Shown here piece after piece: positions 37,739 through 51,559 of a stretch of 64,000 bases of DNA. Below the pieces are notes generated by a model, which was not told where the DNA came from, searched no databases, and saw only the letters and a list, made by a program, of their open reading frames with translations. The translations under genes and the position numbers were made by a program. The stretch is from Octopus sinensis (Eukaryota): positions 21,700,001-21,764,000 of the forward strand of contig NC_043014.1 of NCBI RefSeq assembly GCF_006345805.1, read 5' to 3'. Every line of letters begins with the position of its first letter. Positions within the stretch are counted from its first letter, which is position 1.

Positions 37739-39687
37739 GTGAGTTTGTGACATATTTCTAAATATATGTTTTTGTTTTGTTTTATTTTAGGCATATATTT
37801 TCATATTCTTTTCTAAAAACATTGTAATTGAGTTCTGGCTCTTAGACAACACTGACAAGACTTAGTTGTAAAATCTTAAACAAGACATACCACTTTACTT
37901 ACTTCAGCTGAAAAAACTACAACTGGAAAAATAGCAGCCAAATTTCTCTCAAATGATTTAAAATCTTTAAAAAGAATACATCACATAATGTAATCCTACA
38001 TGTATTAAGAATAAAACTGGATGATCACAATTAGAATGTATCTATTTGATTAGGACTGACCTGGAGTAAAGCACAAGCACAACCTTAGATAATTTACACT
38101 AGTATGTCAGTCTCATTCATCTTACCACTTGTTCCATACTAATCATTATAAATTCATTAAATCCAATAAAGGTTGTGCATGAACTTCATTAATTGGTCAA
38201 ATTACTCCTGAACTGTCCAACATATCAGACACTTTTTGTTGGACTTGTTTCTATAACATTGTGTAGCAAAATGGTTTGTTTTTTTTCTCTTTGGTCAGTA
38301 AGTGTTATTTCCTATTTGCTTCTATCTAGAAATCAAAGGAAACAACTACTATTCCCTTTAATTTTTATTTCTGTGACCTGGATATCAATGTTTTGAACCT
38401 AACTTATTTTCCTGTACAGATTCACAGTTGAGTTTCTGCAGCAGAAATATCGTAATAGCAAACATTCTGCTTAATACCACAGATTTCTTTGTCAATGACT
38501 TGACCATAACCCTTTGTGGCTGACAATATGTGACCTCTGAGCAGGAGTAGTTGGGGGGGGGGGGGGCATCATAACCATGTATTGAGAAGGATTCTTTGTG
38601 GTTTGAATTAATGTAAGATAAGCAAAGTTTAAAGGAAATATTAGCCATTTTTCATAGTTTCTAGGGGAAAGCAAATAGAAAATAACAGTTGCCACCCAAG
38701 GACAAAATCCGTGTTACACTGTATAATCAACAACTCTATTATGATGTAGAGGAGTTAGAGCTTTTAAAATAATCACTGAAATTAATTACTGTTCAGATAA
38801 AAACTCTATGTTAATGTTAACATTTAACTCTTTTACTGCGGAAAGCAGTTTTATATAGCAGTCTGTCTTTTGTGGGGGAATGTTATGTTTATAACTATTT
38901 CTTTTGTCGAAATATGTCAAGTTTATTGAGGCAACACGACTTGTAGAAAATACCATTTCTATTATTTGCTAGATTTTTACCATTATTACTTAGAATAATA
39001 ATGAAATTTTTATTTTGCAATTAAAAAGTTTAATAAGAAAAAATAACAGAAACTCAATGAAGCTATTATCTTTAATGTTTTATTTGCTTGTCATTGGACT
39101 GTGGCCATGATGGGGCACTGCCATGAAAAATTATAGTCAAACAAATTGACCCCAGTACTTTTTTTTCTTTTGTAAAGCCTAGTACTTATTCTATTGGTCT
39201 CTTTTGCTGAACGACAAAGTTACAGAGATGTAAACACACCAACACCAATTGCCAAGCGGTGGTGGGACACACACACACACACACACACATATGACTGGCT
39301 TCTTTCAGTTTCTGTCTATGAAATCCATTCACAAGGCTTTGGTTGGCCCAAGGCTATAGTAAAAGACACTTGCCCAAGGTGCCATGCATTGGGACTGAAC
39401 TAAGAACTCTGTGATTAGGAGGCGAACTTCTCACCACACAACTACTTATTTTAATAATTATAGCAATTACAGGAGACAGCTCAGAATGTTTCTAGTACTA
39501 TTAGAGCTTCTCAGCCAAGCACTGTTTATTTTGCTCACACAGAGCAAATTTAGAATCTTGCCACAAAGACCAAATGTGTGACCATGAGGTCAGTTGACCA
39601 GTACCTTAACCCCTTCATTGTGGATTCTAAATAAAATATTAAATAAAGAAAACCTTTTTTTTTGCTATTTTTATTTAACTCTTTTAG

Positions 39688-39761
39688 TGACAAAGATTTT
39701 GATGATGTAAAGAATGGTCAGACTCAGCCTATGCAGTACGTCAAAGAGGAATCTACCCAAG
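39688..39761 (+). CDS. STARD9: STARD9-like exon
   Basis: (C)DKDFDDVKNGQTQPMQYVKEESTQ(g); cttttag| and |gtcagt; phase 2/1 bridges the flanking large exons. Confidence 0.82.
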
Positions 39762-39899
39762 GTCAGTGAACACAATTTTTTGTAGGTATCTTGTTTGGGT
39801 GAGGAGAGTTAGTCCATTGTTTTTACTGTATACTGATTGGCTATCTGTATCTTTCTTTCATATACACAATGTTTCACAATAACACTAAGGTGCCATGTG

Positions 39900-40230
39900 A
39901 GGGTGCACAGTTTAGTGGTTGGGAGATTTGGCTTACAATCATGAGAGCAGCAGGAGTTTGATTATCAGCGGCATGTTGTGTCCTTGAGGAATATGCTTTA
40001 TTTCACATTGCTCCACTCAGCTGATAAAAATGAGAAGTAACTGTATTTCAAAGGGACAGCCTTGTCACATTTGGTGTCACACTGAATTTCGCTGAGAACT
40101 ACATTCAGGGTACATGGTGTTTGTGGGGTACTCAACCACTTGCACGTTAATTTAACAAGCTGGCTGTTTGGTTGATTGGATCAACCAGAACCCTCACTGT
40201 CATAGCTGATAGTGCCAGTGTACCATGTCT
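39900..40230 (+). mobile_element. SINE family D (also ~1995-2170 on +; 40290-40440 and 50730-51035 on -)
   Basis: Shared TTCAAAGG-CAGCCTTGTCACA...GAGAACTAC...TGTGGAGTACTCAGCCACTTGCA body; tRNA-like head. Confidence 0.7.
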
Positions 40231-41094
40231 CTCAAACACACACACACATATATATCTCACATTAACACAAGCACACACACACACACACACATATTAATGA
40301 ATTTCTCTTGGCTTTCTCACCGAGTATTCAGTTGTTCAATTGACTGAACTTCATGTTCATTGAATTAGCATGTAAGTGGCTGAGTACTCCACAGATGTGA
40401 GCTTTTAATGTAATCCTTGGGCAGAATCAGAGCGACACAGTTACAACCTATCTGATGGCCACCACACAACTCCCATCTATCCAGTTTCACTCACAAAAGC
40501 TTGAGTCAGTCTGAAGCTATAGTAGAACTTGCCCAAGTAGTCATACAATGGGACTGAACCCAGGACCATGTGATAGCACACCAAACTTCTTAACAATTCA
40601 GCCATCTACATCCATTTGACCATTAGATTTCTATGCATACATGCACCTATTCTGTTCTGACATGCGCTCGTTCTCGCTCTCTCTCTCTCTCTCATACACA
40701 CACACACACGCACACACACACAAACTCGCTCACTCACACATAATTCTTTGTGATCATTCAACCTGTTTGAAATACCAACCAAAAATCTCCACCCTTTTGA
40801 TAGCAACCAACCTGAAACCAGTCAAGGTTCTATGATCCAGTTTCCCTGCTTAAAAGTGAAAGCCTTTCTTCAAAATTCCATGTTAATTTATGTTCCAAAC
40901 TGTATCTCAATAATGATAGTTATTTACTAAATTCTCCATTATTTTCAAAATTCATTGAAACAAAGGCAGTATATTTCAGCAAGAATATGGTAACAAAATA
41001 ATTAAACATACCTATTTCCTTTTCACAAATATTTAACCAAGTTAAAGTTCATAATAGACATGTACCCCTCACTCACTGATGGGTGCCTCCACAG

Positions 41095-41585
41095 GGTGAG
41101 GCCAAAATCACATGATCTAGTAGTCCTTGCTACAAAAGTAGTGGTGCTTGTCTGCCACTAGCAATAGCTATGATGGGCTTTTATGAGGGTTTTTCTCTTT
41201 TGGTAAATATCATAGTATTTGTGTGTTCTTACACAACATCCACTTTTAAGATGTGGGTATTTTACCTTTTGATATCAATATTGCTTCTGTCACTATCTTT
41301 ATTTTTTAATAAGCCCACTAGCCTTTAGTGACATCAGTGCCTGATTTGGCTCTGTATTTCTATGTATATCGCTACCATGGCAGTTACTGCTATTTCTTAG
41401 CAGCAAGGTGTCTGTCATTGACAAGGCCAAATGAGGCTGAAATCACATGATCTGGTAGTCCTGGCAGCGGAAGTAGCAGCAATTGTCTGCCACTGGCAAT
41501 AGCTATGATGTGCTTTTATGGTAAATATCACAGTATTTGTGTGTTCTAATGCATCATCCACTTTTAAATGGTGAATATTTTCCCT
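41095..41585. repeat. Direct duplication of a ~160-nt segment (period ~340 nt)
   Basis: AAATCACATGATCT(A/G)GTAGTCCT...TTGTCTGCCACT(A/G)GCAATAGCTATGATG...GTAAATATCA(T/C)AGTATTTGTGTGTTCT...CATCCACTTTTAA occurs twice. Confidence 0.85.
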
Positions 41586-41876
41586 AAACATAGTCTTTTA
41601 AAAAATGGAAAGTAGGATGTTCATGGTCGGAATGCTTCTGATCATAGGATTGACCTGGGGTTAAAATAAGAACACAAATACTGGCTTAATGATTTCTCTT
41701 ATCCTAACAGACCCTCACCCTGTGAAGGTACCAGTAAGTGACATGTCTACTGTCATCTTTAAGTATTTGTGAGGAGGAGGTAGAGTGTCATAGAGTGAGT
41801 TTGCTGCAACCACTGCTAGTTTAAGGAATTCAAATTATAAGGACATACGGTTTGATCAGAAGAGGTAGCCCCTGTT

Positions 41877-42102
41877 TAACCCTTTAGCATTCAGATTATT
41901 CTGTCAAATGTAATAATTATTTATTCACATTATTTTGAATTAATGATACTTATCTCATAGCCTCGAAATTTCAGTCATGTGATTTCATATTTCTAGAATG
42001 ATAATGTAGAGTAGGTGTGAGAGGCTGGATCTGACCAGTTTGGAGCTAAAACAGGTAGAATATTTGGGCCAGATATGACTGGTTTAAATGCTCAAGAGTT
42101 AA
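41877..42102. mobile_element. piggyBac-like TTAA MITE family 1 (other copies ~17870-18095, 53336-53535, 59905-60230, 60253-60420)
   Basis: TTAA|CCCTTTAGCATT ... AATGCT-AA(G/A)(G/A)G|TTAA; shared internal sequence among copies. Confidence 0.75.
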
Positions 42103-42179
42103 CTTGTAATATCTCATGCTGTTGTTTAGAACTCATCAGAGAGATCAATGATCAAAGACAGTCCAGCAACAATATTTAA

Positions 42180-42399
42180 CCCTTTTGTTAGAGTATTTAT
42201 TTTGAGATGCTCTGTATTTCTTTCAGTTACTTTAAATACAACAAAACATTTAGTAAAATAACTTAGTTATCATTCAGCTAGTGTTACGAACATAAATTGT
42301 GACTAAGGTTTGGTGGAAGATTTTAATTCAAAACTTATGAAAACAAGACATTTGTACTCAGAGGCAGAGCCGGTTTCAGCTGGGTTGGTAACAAAAGGG
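42180..42399. mobile_element. piggyBac-like TTAA MITE family 2
   Basis: TTAA|CCCTTTTGTTA ... TAACAAAAGGG|TTAA, 220 bp. Confidence 0.82.
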
Positions 42400-42632
42400 T
42401 TAAGGCTACATTGACCAGCGTGTTTTTTTTTAATATATTGAGGTGTCTTAGGCTACTATTTCTAGCAGATCAAGTGACCAACAAGGTAACTTCTTATAGT
42501 TATCTTATTAGTTCTCATGTAAAAAAATGTCAATGTAGAAATAATTTCTTTTTCTCAAAGAAAGACTAATTGTTTTGAACAGTGTTTTAACTGGGTTTTT
42601 TTCCTTTCTTTTTCTTTATTTTCTGTGTATAG

Positions 42633-45600
42633 TTATCTTCAAGGTGGGCACCAAAGTTTTGGCTGAGCCTTCATCCATGAATAAATCTGAAAGTGTTTCT
42701 CCAAAGTTGACATCTGATGCCTGTAACAGTAAAGTTAGTCCTGGTGGTGGGAGAGTTGGCGGTAAGAATTCTGTGGACGATTCTGGTTCAAATACTCAAG
42801 CTACACTTGATGGTCAGTGCTGCTCAGATCAACCATCGAATCAAAACTCAACTGAATGCCGTCATACTCTGGCTCATCCAACAGCTCAAGCTTCAGTTGA
42901 GTGCCACCATTCTCCAGCTCAGTCATCAAATCTTATATCTCAGATTCCAAAGAAGATTCTTCAGTTGGGTGATATTCGCAAAGTTTGTACAAGCAAAATT
43001 CCCACCAAGCGAGATGCCATCGAGATGGACAACTTAAAACCAGGTAGTATAAATAAAGTGGCTATTAAGCCTGATATTAAGGTGGATAGCCTAAAGCCAG
43101 TGAGTGGTCAATATTGTGGTCAGTCAGTTGAAGAAACATGTCCAGTGGTTGAAATGGAAATGGCTTCATCTCCAGATAAACCTGAAGCTAAATCTCCTTC
43201 AGGTAGAAACACTCAAGAAACTCTCTTTCAGTTGGATGATATTTATGGGGAAAACATATCATTAGGTTTAAAAGATTCTCCTGAATTCCCTTCGCACCAG
43301 TTAATTAATCCAGTGGTGGAAGGTTCTTGCCTAAACCCAGCCAATTTTGCACAAAATTCCATCAGCTCTGAAATCAAGGGAGCAAAACAACCAAGTAATG
43401 TAAAATCAGGCTGTTGTCAAAATGATCTAGACAAACAGGACTGTCTTGAAAATGTTCCAAAAAGTGACTCAGAAGAAACTGTTGAAATAAAACTTGGAAA
43501 TAAAGCAGTTTTTTGTAAAATTTCTGATAAGAAATCTGTGAGGCCAGAAGGCAAAGCTCAGAACCAGTCAGAAGAAGTCTTTGAAAATAGTTGCATGTCT
43601 AACAGACTTTCTGAGTTTGTTCTCAGTGAAATGAAAAAGAGACAGTCTTCAAAAGTAGACAGTGTTAAAAGCCAAAGTCCTCCTTGCAAAAGTCAACAGA
43701 GCCAAACTAAGTCATCAAATATACCACACATTGTTTCTTCTGAAAGAACTGAAAATGTTAAAAAAGATTTTGATAAGAATTTGACAGGATCAAAAGAATC
43801 TATGGTTTCTGGAAAGAGTGAACAAACAGATTTTGACTTAATTGCTACAAAGAATGCTGAACCATTACATGGAAGAGACTGCTCTGAGATGAGATTAAGG
43901 ACCAAAAGTGAAAACTTACCTAGTAAAGTTGCTCTAAATTCCAGATTAGTCAATGCACCAAGTGACCAATCTTTAGTCACTCCTGAAGAATCTTGTCTTG
44001 CATCCAATAGTTGTCATCTGGAAGGTAATCTAGGTGAGAACCAGGTAGACACTTGTCTTCCAGTCAGAATAGCACCCGAGAACAAAGATGTTGAAGCAAA
44101 ATGTAAACCTGTACCCAATACAAAATGTCAAAAAAAGCCCATTGGCCAATGTCTTTCATCATCATCATTATCATCACCATCAATGACCCATCCTCTTCAA
44201 GAGTCAAATGACTCGCCACTTGTTAGAAATTCCAAACCCATCATTTCCACTCACAGCCATGAGGAAAGAAGCAGTTACTTGGATCAAGATCCTGGTTCCA
44301 ATGTGTCTCTGCCAAATAAAACAACCAAACTATCACACTGTTCTGCCAGAACTGAGTTAGTGACAGAATTCAGTGATGACAATGCTGGCAAAGCTTGTCC
44401 TCTCACATACATTGTGAAAGTCAGTGAGGAAGAGACTGATGTGTTTTACAATGTTGAGTCTACTGACTACAAAATATCCAAAATCCGTAAAACTTTACCT
44501 GCCACCAAAGGTTTTGATCAAATTGATTCTTTGATCACTACAGAATCATTCTGTGCTGACAGTGCTGGTCTGGCCAAAGAAAAACCCTCAGGAGCAGCTT
44601 TTAATCATTCTTCCTCAAACTCAAACATTCCAAGATCAGAGACTAACTCAAAGAGTTCTTCAAAGTTGGCCAAAGATTCACTGCTTCATTCACTTGATGT
44701 TGGAAAAACAGAGTTGGAAGACAATCCAAGATACAGCATAGACAGAAAGGAATCTCTAATATCTGGTTCCAGTTTTTGCATTAGAGCAAGTCATGACCAT
44801 TCTAATGAAACGTGTCTTCTAAAAAGTAAGGGAACACTTGCATCAGACAGTAGAAGTATCTTACATGATGGCTGTCGGCAGTGTTTGCAAACAGGTACTG
44901 ACTTGCAGGAAACTGTTGTATTAAATGGTAAAGTGAAGGATTCTACCAATACAATTGATGACTCTCACCAGAAGACTCCTACTGATCACAACCATTTGAC
45001 TTGTAATTCTTCAGTGGTTGGGTCACCATCTTCAAGATCAAGTAATGGTGAGTGGGTCACTTGTAATTTAGGATTGTATGGTCTGAGGAGAGAGACTAAA
45101 CTGAAGAATATGACCAAATGTATGAGTGATTCTGCAATTAGTTCAGACCTTACAGATGTAGATTCTGGCACTCTTTCCCCACAGCCATCAAATATTCCTA
45201 GTTGGCTCTGTAGTCACCATCCTCATCATCATTATAACCATCATAACCATCGGAATTTTAACAGACTATTTCATCTGGATCTACCTGAAGTGAATAAATC
45301 TACATCATGTGCCAATAATAACCCAATGACACCATCAAAACCATTAGACTTATTCCCTTGGTGTAAATCTCCAAGTAGTTTTGTTGGATCCCTGCTGAAA
45401 GTAAGACCATATAGTATTGGACGAAGTATTTCAGTTGATGGCTTAAATGTTTGGCTGTCCAAAGTAACCACCTCAGATTTGCAGCCAACTTGTAAGAATC
45501 ATAGTAATGATGAAATGATCTCTAAATATCCTGAACCTGGGAGATTAAACCCAAGTAAAACTCTTGCAAATACTCCCATCCAATCTGCTGAGTTGTGTAA

Positions 45601-48600
45601 CCCCCACCAAGACTCAGCTGCAGAAATACATCCAGAATTTGAGACTGTTGATCCAGCTTTAACAGAGATGAAACAGGATTCTTACTCATCCAGTGCATCT
45701 TCATCTCCGACTTCTGCTTCACTGTATATGGGGCAATATCATACTGGTGGCAGTATGGTGAACTTATCCCAAGAAGAATTTGAGAAATTGGAGCGAGACT
45801 TGCCCTCTGATATATCATCACTTCATTCTGGTTTCAGTGGTCGCCATGGCAATGATAATTGGCACCATTCTGATGTGATAAATGAGCCAGATTTAATTGG
45901 AATTAATGATGACAATGATGGATATTTATACTTCAAGTCAGATGATGAGGTAAGAGTTGAAAACTTTCAACCAAAGTTTTTGTCTCGTCCAACTAAGATG
46001 GCAGGTCAGAAGTCTTCCCGGATAAAATTTGTTGATGCAAAAGAACAAAACTTGCAACGAAGATATAAATACCATGCCCCAAATAGTGGTTGGTCCTCAA
46101 CAGATGACAGTGCTGACACTACTTTTAGATATATGAAGGCAACAGTTGTAAAGTCTAAAAATATCAAGGGAGTTGTTGGTCACAATTCAAGTTTTATAAA
46201 TGATGACGATGATGATGATGATGAATCAGTATTTGAAGATAATATTTCACAATATCATCATTCAGGGAAGCGTAACCGATTTCCAGTGCTTCCTCACTCC
46301 AAGTCAGCATCCACTACAGATTTACCTGCAGACTACCCAACATCTCCCAGCAGTTATCGGTCAGTATCTCCAAGTCTTTCCTCTGAAATAGCTATTGAAG
46401 ATGAGAGATCAATGAAGTATAAACCAAAATTAATATCAGTTGGAATCCAAACAAGCCAGAATGAATGTGCAACACAAACTGAAAACCAACCCAGCTTGGC
46501 TCCTGATTTCACCATTCCTTTGCATGACCAAATCTTGAAAGACTCACAAGCATCCAATCGCATGCCATTTCCAATCCACATCCCTCTTTTAATTCCAGAG
46601 TCTGGCACATTACATTCATTGCCTGCTCTCATGTTAGAAACAACAAATCTTTTAAAAAATTTAACAAAGCATTTGACTGTTGATCCATCATTGCCAAGCC
46701 CTGCTTCTGAGTCCAGTGCAACATCATTTAATAATAATAATCTGAAATGTAACACTTCAACACAAACAGAGTGTAAGCCCAATGTGCCAAGTGCAGAAAT
46801 GTTTATTAGTGCACCAGACAACAGCTACCCACAGTCTTATCTCTCTGACAAAGAAAACCACTCCAGGGAATATTTTCCTAACATGACCCAAGCACAGCAG
46901 AATATCGTTAACCAGGAGCAAAGGGCTTACACAAATGGTAATTATTCTCAGCCAAGTGAACTCCATATAAATAGGAGTGCCAACCCTAATTCTTATTCCT
47001 CACTACACCAGCAGAAGAAACGGTTATATCTGCCTTTGAAGCCAGACACAAGTACTCTGGGTTCGAATTCTTCAACCCTGGATGCCTTTAAAGGAGATAT
47101 GTGTGACTCATTCACCTACCACCCTCAGGGACATCCCAACTACAGGGAAGATTGTCAGGCTCCAGCTCAACATTACCATAGTTACAGATATCAATCCAAT
47201 AGTCCCAGTGAACCAAATGCAGCTCGTCAGCATCATAGGTCTCCTAATGATTTGAACCCTAACCTTGTTGGATCAGCTCAACATTTTCACTCGACCCCTT
47301 ACAAGAATGATGTTGATTTTAGTCGTCAGTTCAAGTTTAATCAGTCATCTCCTTTACCAAATGGTAACTTTGATAGGTCTTATCACAGTATGAAATACAC
47401 AACTCCTTCAGCCAATAAGCGACCTTGGCAAGATATAATCAATTACTCAGAGTATAACCTTGACTCCACTGTTCATGATATCCATGTCAATCCCAACTGG
47501 CCACATTCAAACTTTAGAAACCCTTCCCCAGGAGCTCATGTTCCCTGTCAGGATTTCTCTGGTCATTCCTATGGAAACAATTACATGAACCCTGATGTAG
47601 CTAGCCAACAAGGTGCTGGACCTAGACATCGCTTCCGGTCAATGACAATTGCTTCCAATGACATGTCCAGGGTCAGGCTCCCATTAAATAGACACAATAC
47701 TCTTCCTCGCAGTAGCCTGAGTCACTCCCCTAATCAACCATTTTTCCAGGAAAACACAGCTTGGGAACCACAACAACCACCATTCCAACAATATGCCACC
47801 CTACCCAGAGGATATAAGTTTGGTTCTTCAAATCTTTTAGATTACAATAATGACCCAAGACATGCCTTTGATTATCCTGACAATCAGAATATGGAAGATT
47901 ATTATAATGAGGAACTCAGCCTTTCTTTAAAACGGTCCGGTGTTACTGATGAATACCTTGAACTGTTAACTAAATCTGTGAAGTCTTCCCCTACGGAACA
48001 ACCTTCCAGTTCCAATTCTATTACAGACCGACCAAAGTATAGGACACTTTCTAATTTAACTTCACCTTCCGACAGACCACAACAAAACAGATTTAACAAA
48101 AGTTTAACCCTTCCTACATATAAATCATCACAGTCAAAATCCCCAAACACTCAATTCACATGTGAAGGCCTTGAGACTAAATCATTTTCTGATGTGGCAA
48201 ATGATATTGGTGCCAGAGTGGAGTATTATGGTACTGAAAAGAGTAACGATGGTAGTTCGATGGTTGATTGTAGCCAGAACAATGATATTGATACAGTGAT
48301 GAAACTGAATCAACAGTATTCAAAGATGATCTCAAAAGAGAAATCTTCGGCCAAAAGTCAGCCAAAACATTTGTCTCAACGTCAGAAGGAGAACCAAAGT
48401 CAGAAACAAGCTCTGGAGAAGAAATTCAAGAAATGGGAAGAGGAACAACTAGACATAATGGACATGGTCAACCTGAAATATCTTCCTGTCAGTTTTACTG
48501 TAAAATATCTGGAAAAGAAAGTGAACCACTGTATTGCACAGACTGACATGCTGTTAGATACCCTCGATGAAGATGAAGGTACAACCCCTACTGAAACTGA

Positions 48601-49134
48601 TGACCCAAATAGCTCAGTAGCTGAGGATCAAACTAATGAAGACAGTTCTTCTATCGTTAGTGGATTCAGTTCGTCGATGGATCAACCTCATTTACTGTGT
48701 CACCAAGACCAGGAGACAGTCAGTTCTGATAGACAGAATGAAAGTTTGAACAACTCATCAGAACTGAGTCCAAACACATGGCTGCAACTTCAGTCATCCA
48801 TCCCAAACCTTCTCACTGATGACTATGCCACCAGCAATGAATCTGAAAATCACACCCAGGTTGATAGCTGTGATGATGTCATTCATACTGACTCAGAGAA
48901 TGATATTGATACACGAACTTACACTCGCTACTCCCAGAGTTCGTTGACTAATTTATCATTAAGTGGTTCTGATCAAACTCTTCCTGAATCTCAATACCAT
49001 TCTGTGGATGAGTCACACCTACAAGGTGTTGTCACCATGTCAGCTGAAGTGTTTAAGGGCCATCAAGCGAACATGAATGAGCTTTCAATGATCCATAATG
49101 GTCTCTCAGAAACGGAGGAAGGAAAAGGAAATGG
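42633..49134 (+). CDS. STARD9: STARD9-like giant exon (6,502 nt), Ser/Asn/Pro-rich, probably mostly disordered
   Basis: Lies within the uninterrupted 2,187-aa ORF. Pyrimidine tract + tatag| acceptor is phase 1 as required; gg|gtaagt donor. A giant central exon is characteristic of STARD9. Confidence 0.9.
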
Positions 49135-50489
49135 GTAAGTTTGTTTTATTTTGTGGAGAGTTGATCACTTAGAGTTTTTTGATATTTATAATGGTACGGG
49201 TTGGATAGGTTTTCAACTTCAGACAATATCATTTCTTCAGTCATCTGATCAATCATGAATTCAGGGTGATATGAAGATACAAAATTAACTTATAGAAGTC
49301 TTCCCTGGTTAAATATAGAGGTCAATTTGAGAGGTGTGTACAAAGCGACAAACTAGCAGAACTGTTGGCATGCCAGACAAAATGCTTAACAGCATTTCAT
49401 CTGTCTTTGTGTTCTGAGTTCAAATTCTGCTGAAGTTGACTTTGTTTTTCATCCTTTTGGGGAGGATAAAATAAGTACCAGTTGGGCACTGGGGTTGATG
49501 TAATTGAAAACACAGCAGAATACTGGCCTTGTATCGAAATTTGAAAACAATATGAGCTGTGTGTAAGATGTATGGTGGTGCATGGCATTGAATATAGAGG
49601 AATATGTGAGGTGTAAGATGTGAAGGTGTATGGTAATGTATGGAGAACTGACTACACATGGTGTATGCAAGGCATGTGATATAATAGAGAATATAGAGGA
49701 CTATAACTATGAAAGATTTGGTCTGTTAGAGGTATAATTTTGACTAATTTAGCTCTGGTCTATTGGATATATAATGTTGAGTTATCATATTGAGAGATTC
49801 TTTTTGTTTAATAATGTGCACTTTTGATGATCTCTTCAAAGTACTGAAGGAAAGGTAGTGGTGGTCACAACAATGACAACCGAAAGGCCATTTAGAAAAG
49901 ATGCTTCAGCCATCTTTTACTCAGACTTAGTATGTCTGTTAGTAAATAAGTAAAATCCCTAGCTGGTGACCAGAGCAGGAAACTGTCCTCTCAACCAATA
50001 CACTGCTGTGGGTGCCACTAGATGACAGATTCTGCTGATGATGGTATCCCATGCTTTCTGATACACGGTGCTGGCCTTAGCATGCTTGAAGTCAAGGCAC
50101 TGCAACTTCTCGAAGTTGTTTCATTGATGAATTCTTTGGTGCACTGTGCTGGATTCTCCAGTGCATGGCTCACTGCCACCACAAAAATTGTCATACTTTG
50201 AAAGCTGTTTAGTATGATTTGTGGGAAATGTCCATAACACTTTGCCAACCTGTATTCTAGAGACCATGTACTGATAGCCTACAGTGATGGCTGTCAACTG
50301 ATGGCCAACACTGACAGATACAGAGGAAGTAGTGGATGGTAGCCAGAGTAGAAGTAAGTGGTGATGCTAGAGATTAATGGTGGTTCTTAATGATTAATGG
50401 TTGGTTCTTAAAAGTTATTAAATAATAATAAAAAAACCTTCAAAATAGAAAAACTACTCTTCCATCAAGAAATATTTTATTACTTCTAG

Positions 50490-50541
50490 ATTCTGCCAAA
50501 CTGAAGGGAACAGGAGATTACCAAGATATTTCAATAAACAG
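50490..50541 (+). CDS. STARD9: STARD9-like exon (predicted)
   Basis: (G)FCQTEGNRRLPRYFNKQ; cttctag| and cag|gtaagg; phase 2/0 fits. No homology evidence. Confidence 0.65.
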
Positions 50542-51482
50542 GTAAGGAACTTGCTTAACACTGGTTTCTTCTAATAATGTAGTTGTTGTTCCAGTGTGTG
50601 TGTGTGTAGTTGTAGTGTTGATATTGTTTAGTTTGTGTGGTGTGTTATTGTTTAATCCAGGTCAATTCTGATCAAGCACACCTGTGATCAATAGCATTCC
50701 TACCATGCCCATCCCATCTTTTTACAACAAGGGTTCCAGTTGATCTGATCAACAGAACAGCCCTATTGTGAAATTACCATGCAAGTGGCTGAGCACTCCT
50801 CAGACATGTGTACTCTTAAACGTAGTCCTCAGGGAGATTCAGCCATAACACACTAAATGTGACAAGGCCGGCCCTTTGAATTACAAGTACAACTCACTTT
50901 TGCCATCTGAGTGGACTGGAGTAACATGAAATAAAGTGTCTTGTCTAAGGACACAATGCACTGCCACGAATCAAACTCATGACCTTCCAATCATGAGCTG
51001 GATACTCTAACCACTAAGCCATGTGCCATCACTTAAGCCATAAACAGTGTTGTATGAGGCTTCGGTGTGGTGTATGTATATGTTGCAGTGATATGTTTAA
51101 TACAATGTTTGATGCTGAGTGCATAGCATGTGTGCCTAGTGTGCTTAATGTAGTGTAAGTATATGAGGCAGTAGCTTTTAATGAAAGTAAGGTGACGAGT
51201 TGACTGGATCATTAGCACATTAGACAAAATGCTTAGCAGCATTTTGTCCATCTTTATGTTCTGAGTTCAAATGTCACCAAGGTTGACTTTGCCGTTCATC
51301 CTTTTGGGGTCAATAAAATAAGTACCAGTTGAATTCTGGGGCCAATGTAATCGACTCTCCCACTTCCCTGAATACTGGCCTTGTGCCAAAATTTGAAAAC
51401 AAGATGAGGTATATGAAAGTGTGAGGAAGATGTATGTATAAAAATATAATGGTCAACATTCTCCTCTGATTTCAACACACAG

Positions 51483-51559
51483 GTCAATGACTGTAATAAA
51501 CAAAGTAACTCTTGTAGCAGTCTCAATAATACAGATGCCCTGTCAAACATGTCTCTCAG
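51483..51559 (+). CDS. STARD9: STARD9-like exon (predicted)
   Basis: VNDCNKQSNSCSSLNNTDALSNMSL(ag); acacag| and cag|gtaact; phase 0/2 fits. Confidence 0.65.

Noticed and set aside
42717-48365. Alternate-frame and antisense ORFs overlapping the giant exon
   Set aside because: Short, without motifs, and expected by chance opposite a long coding exon.
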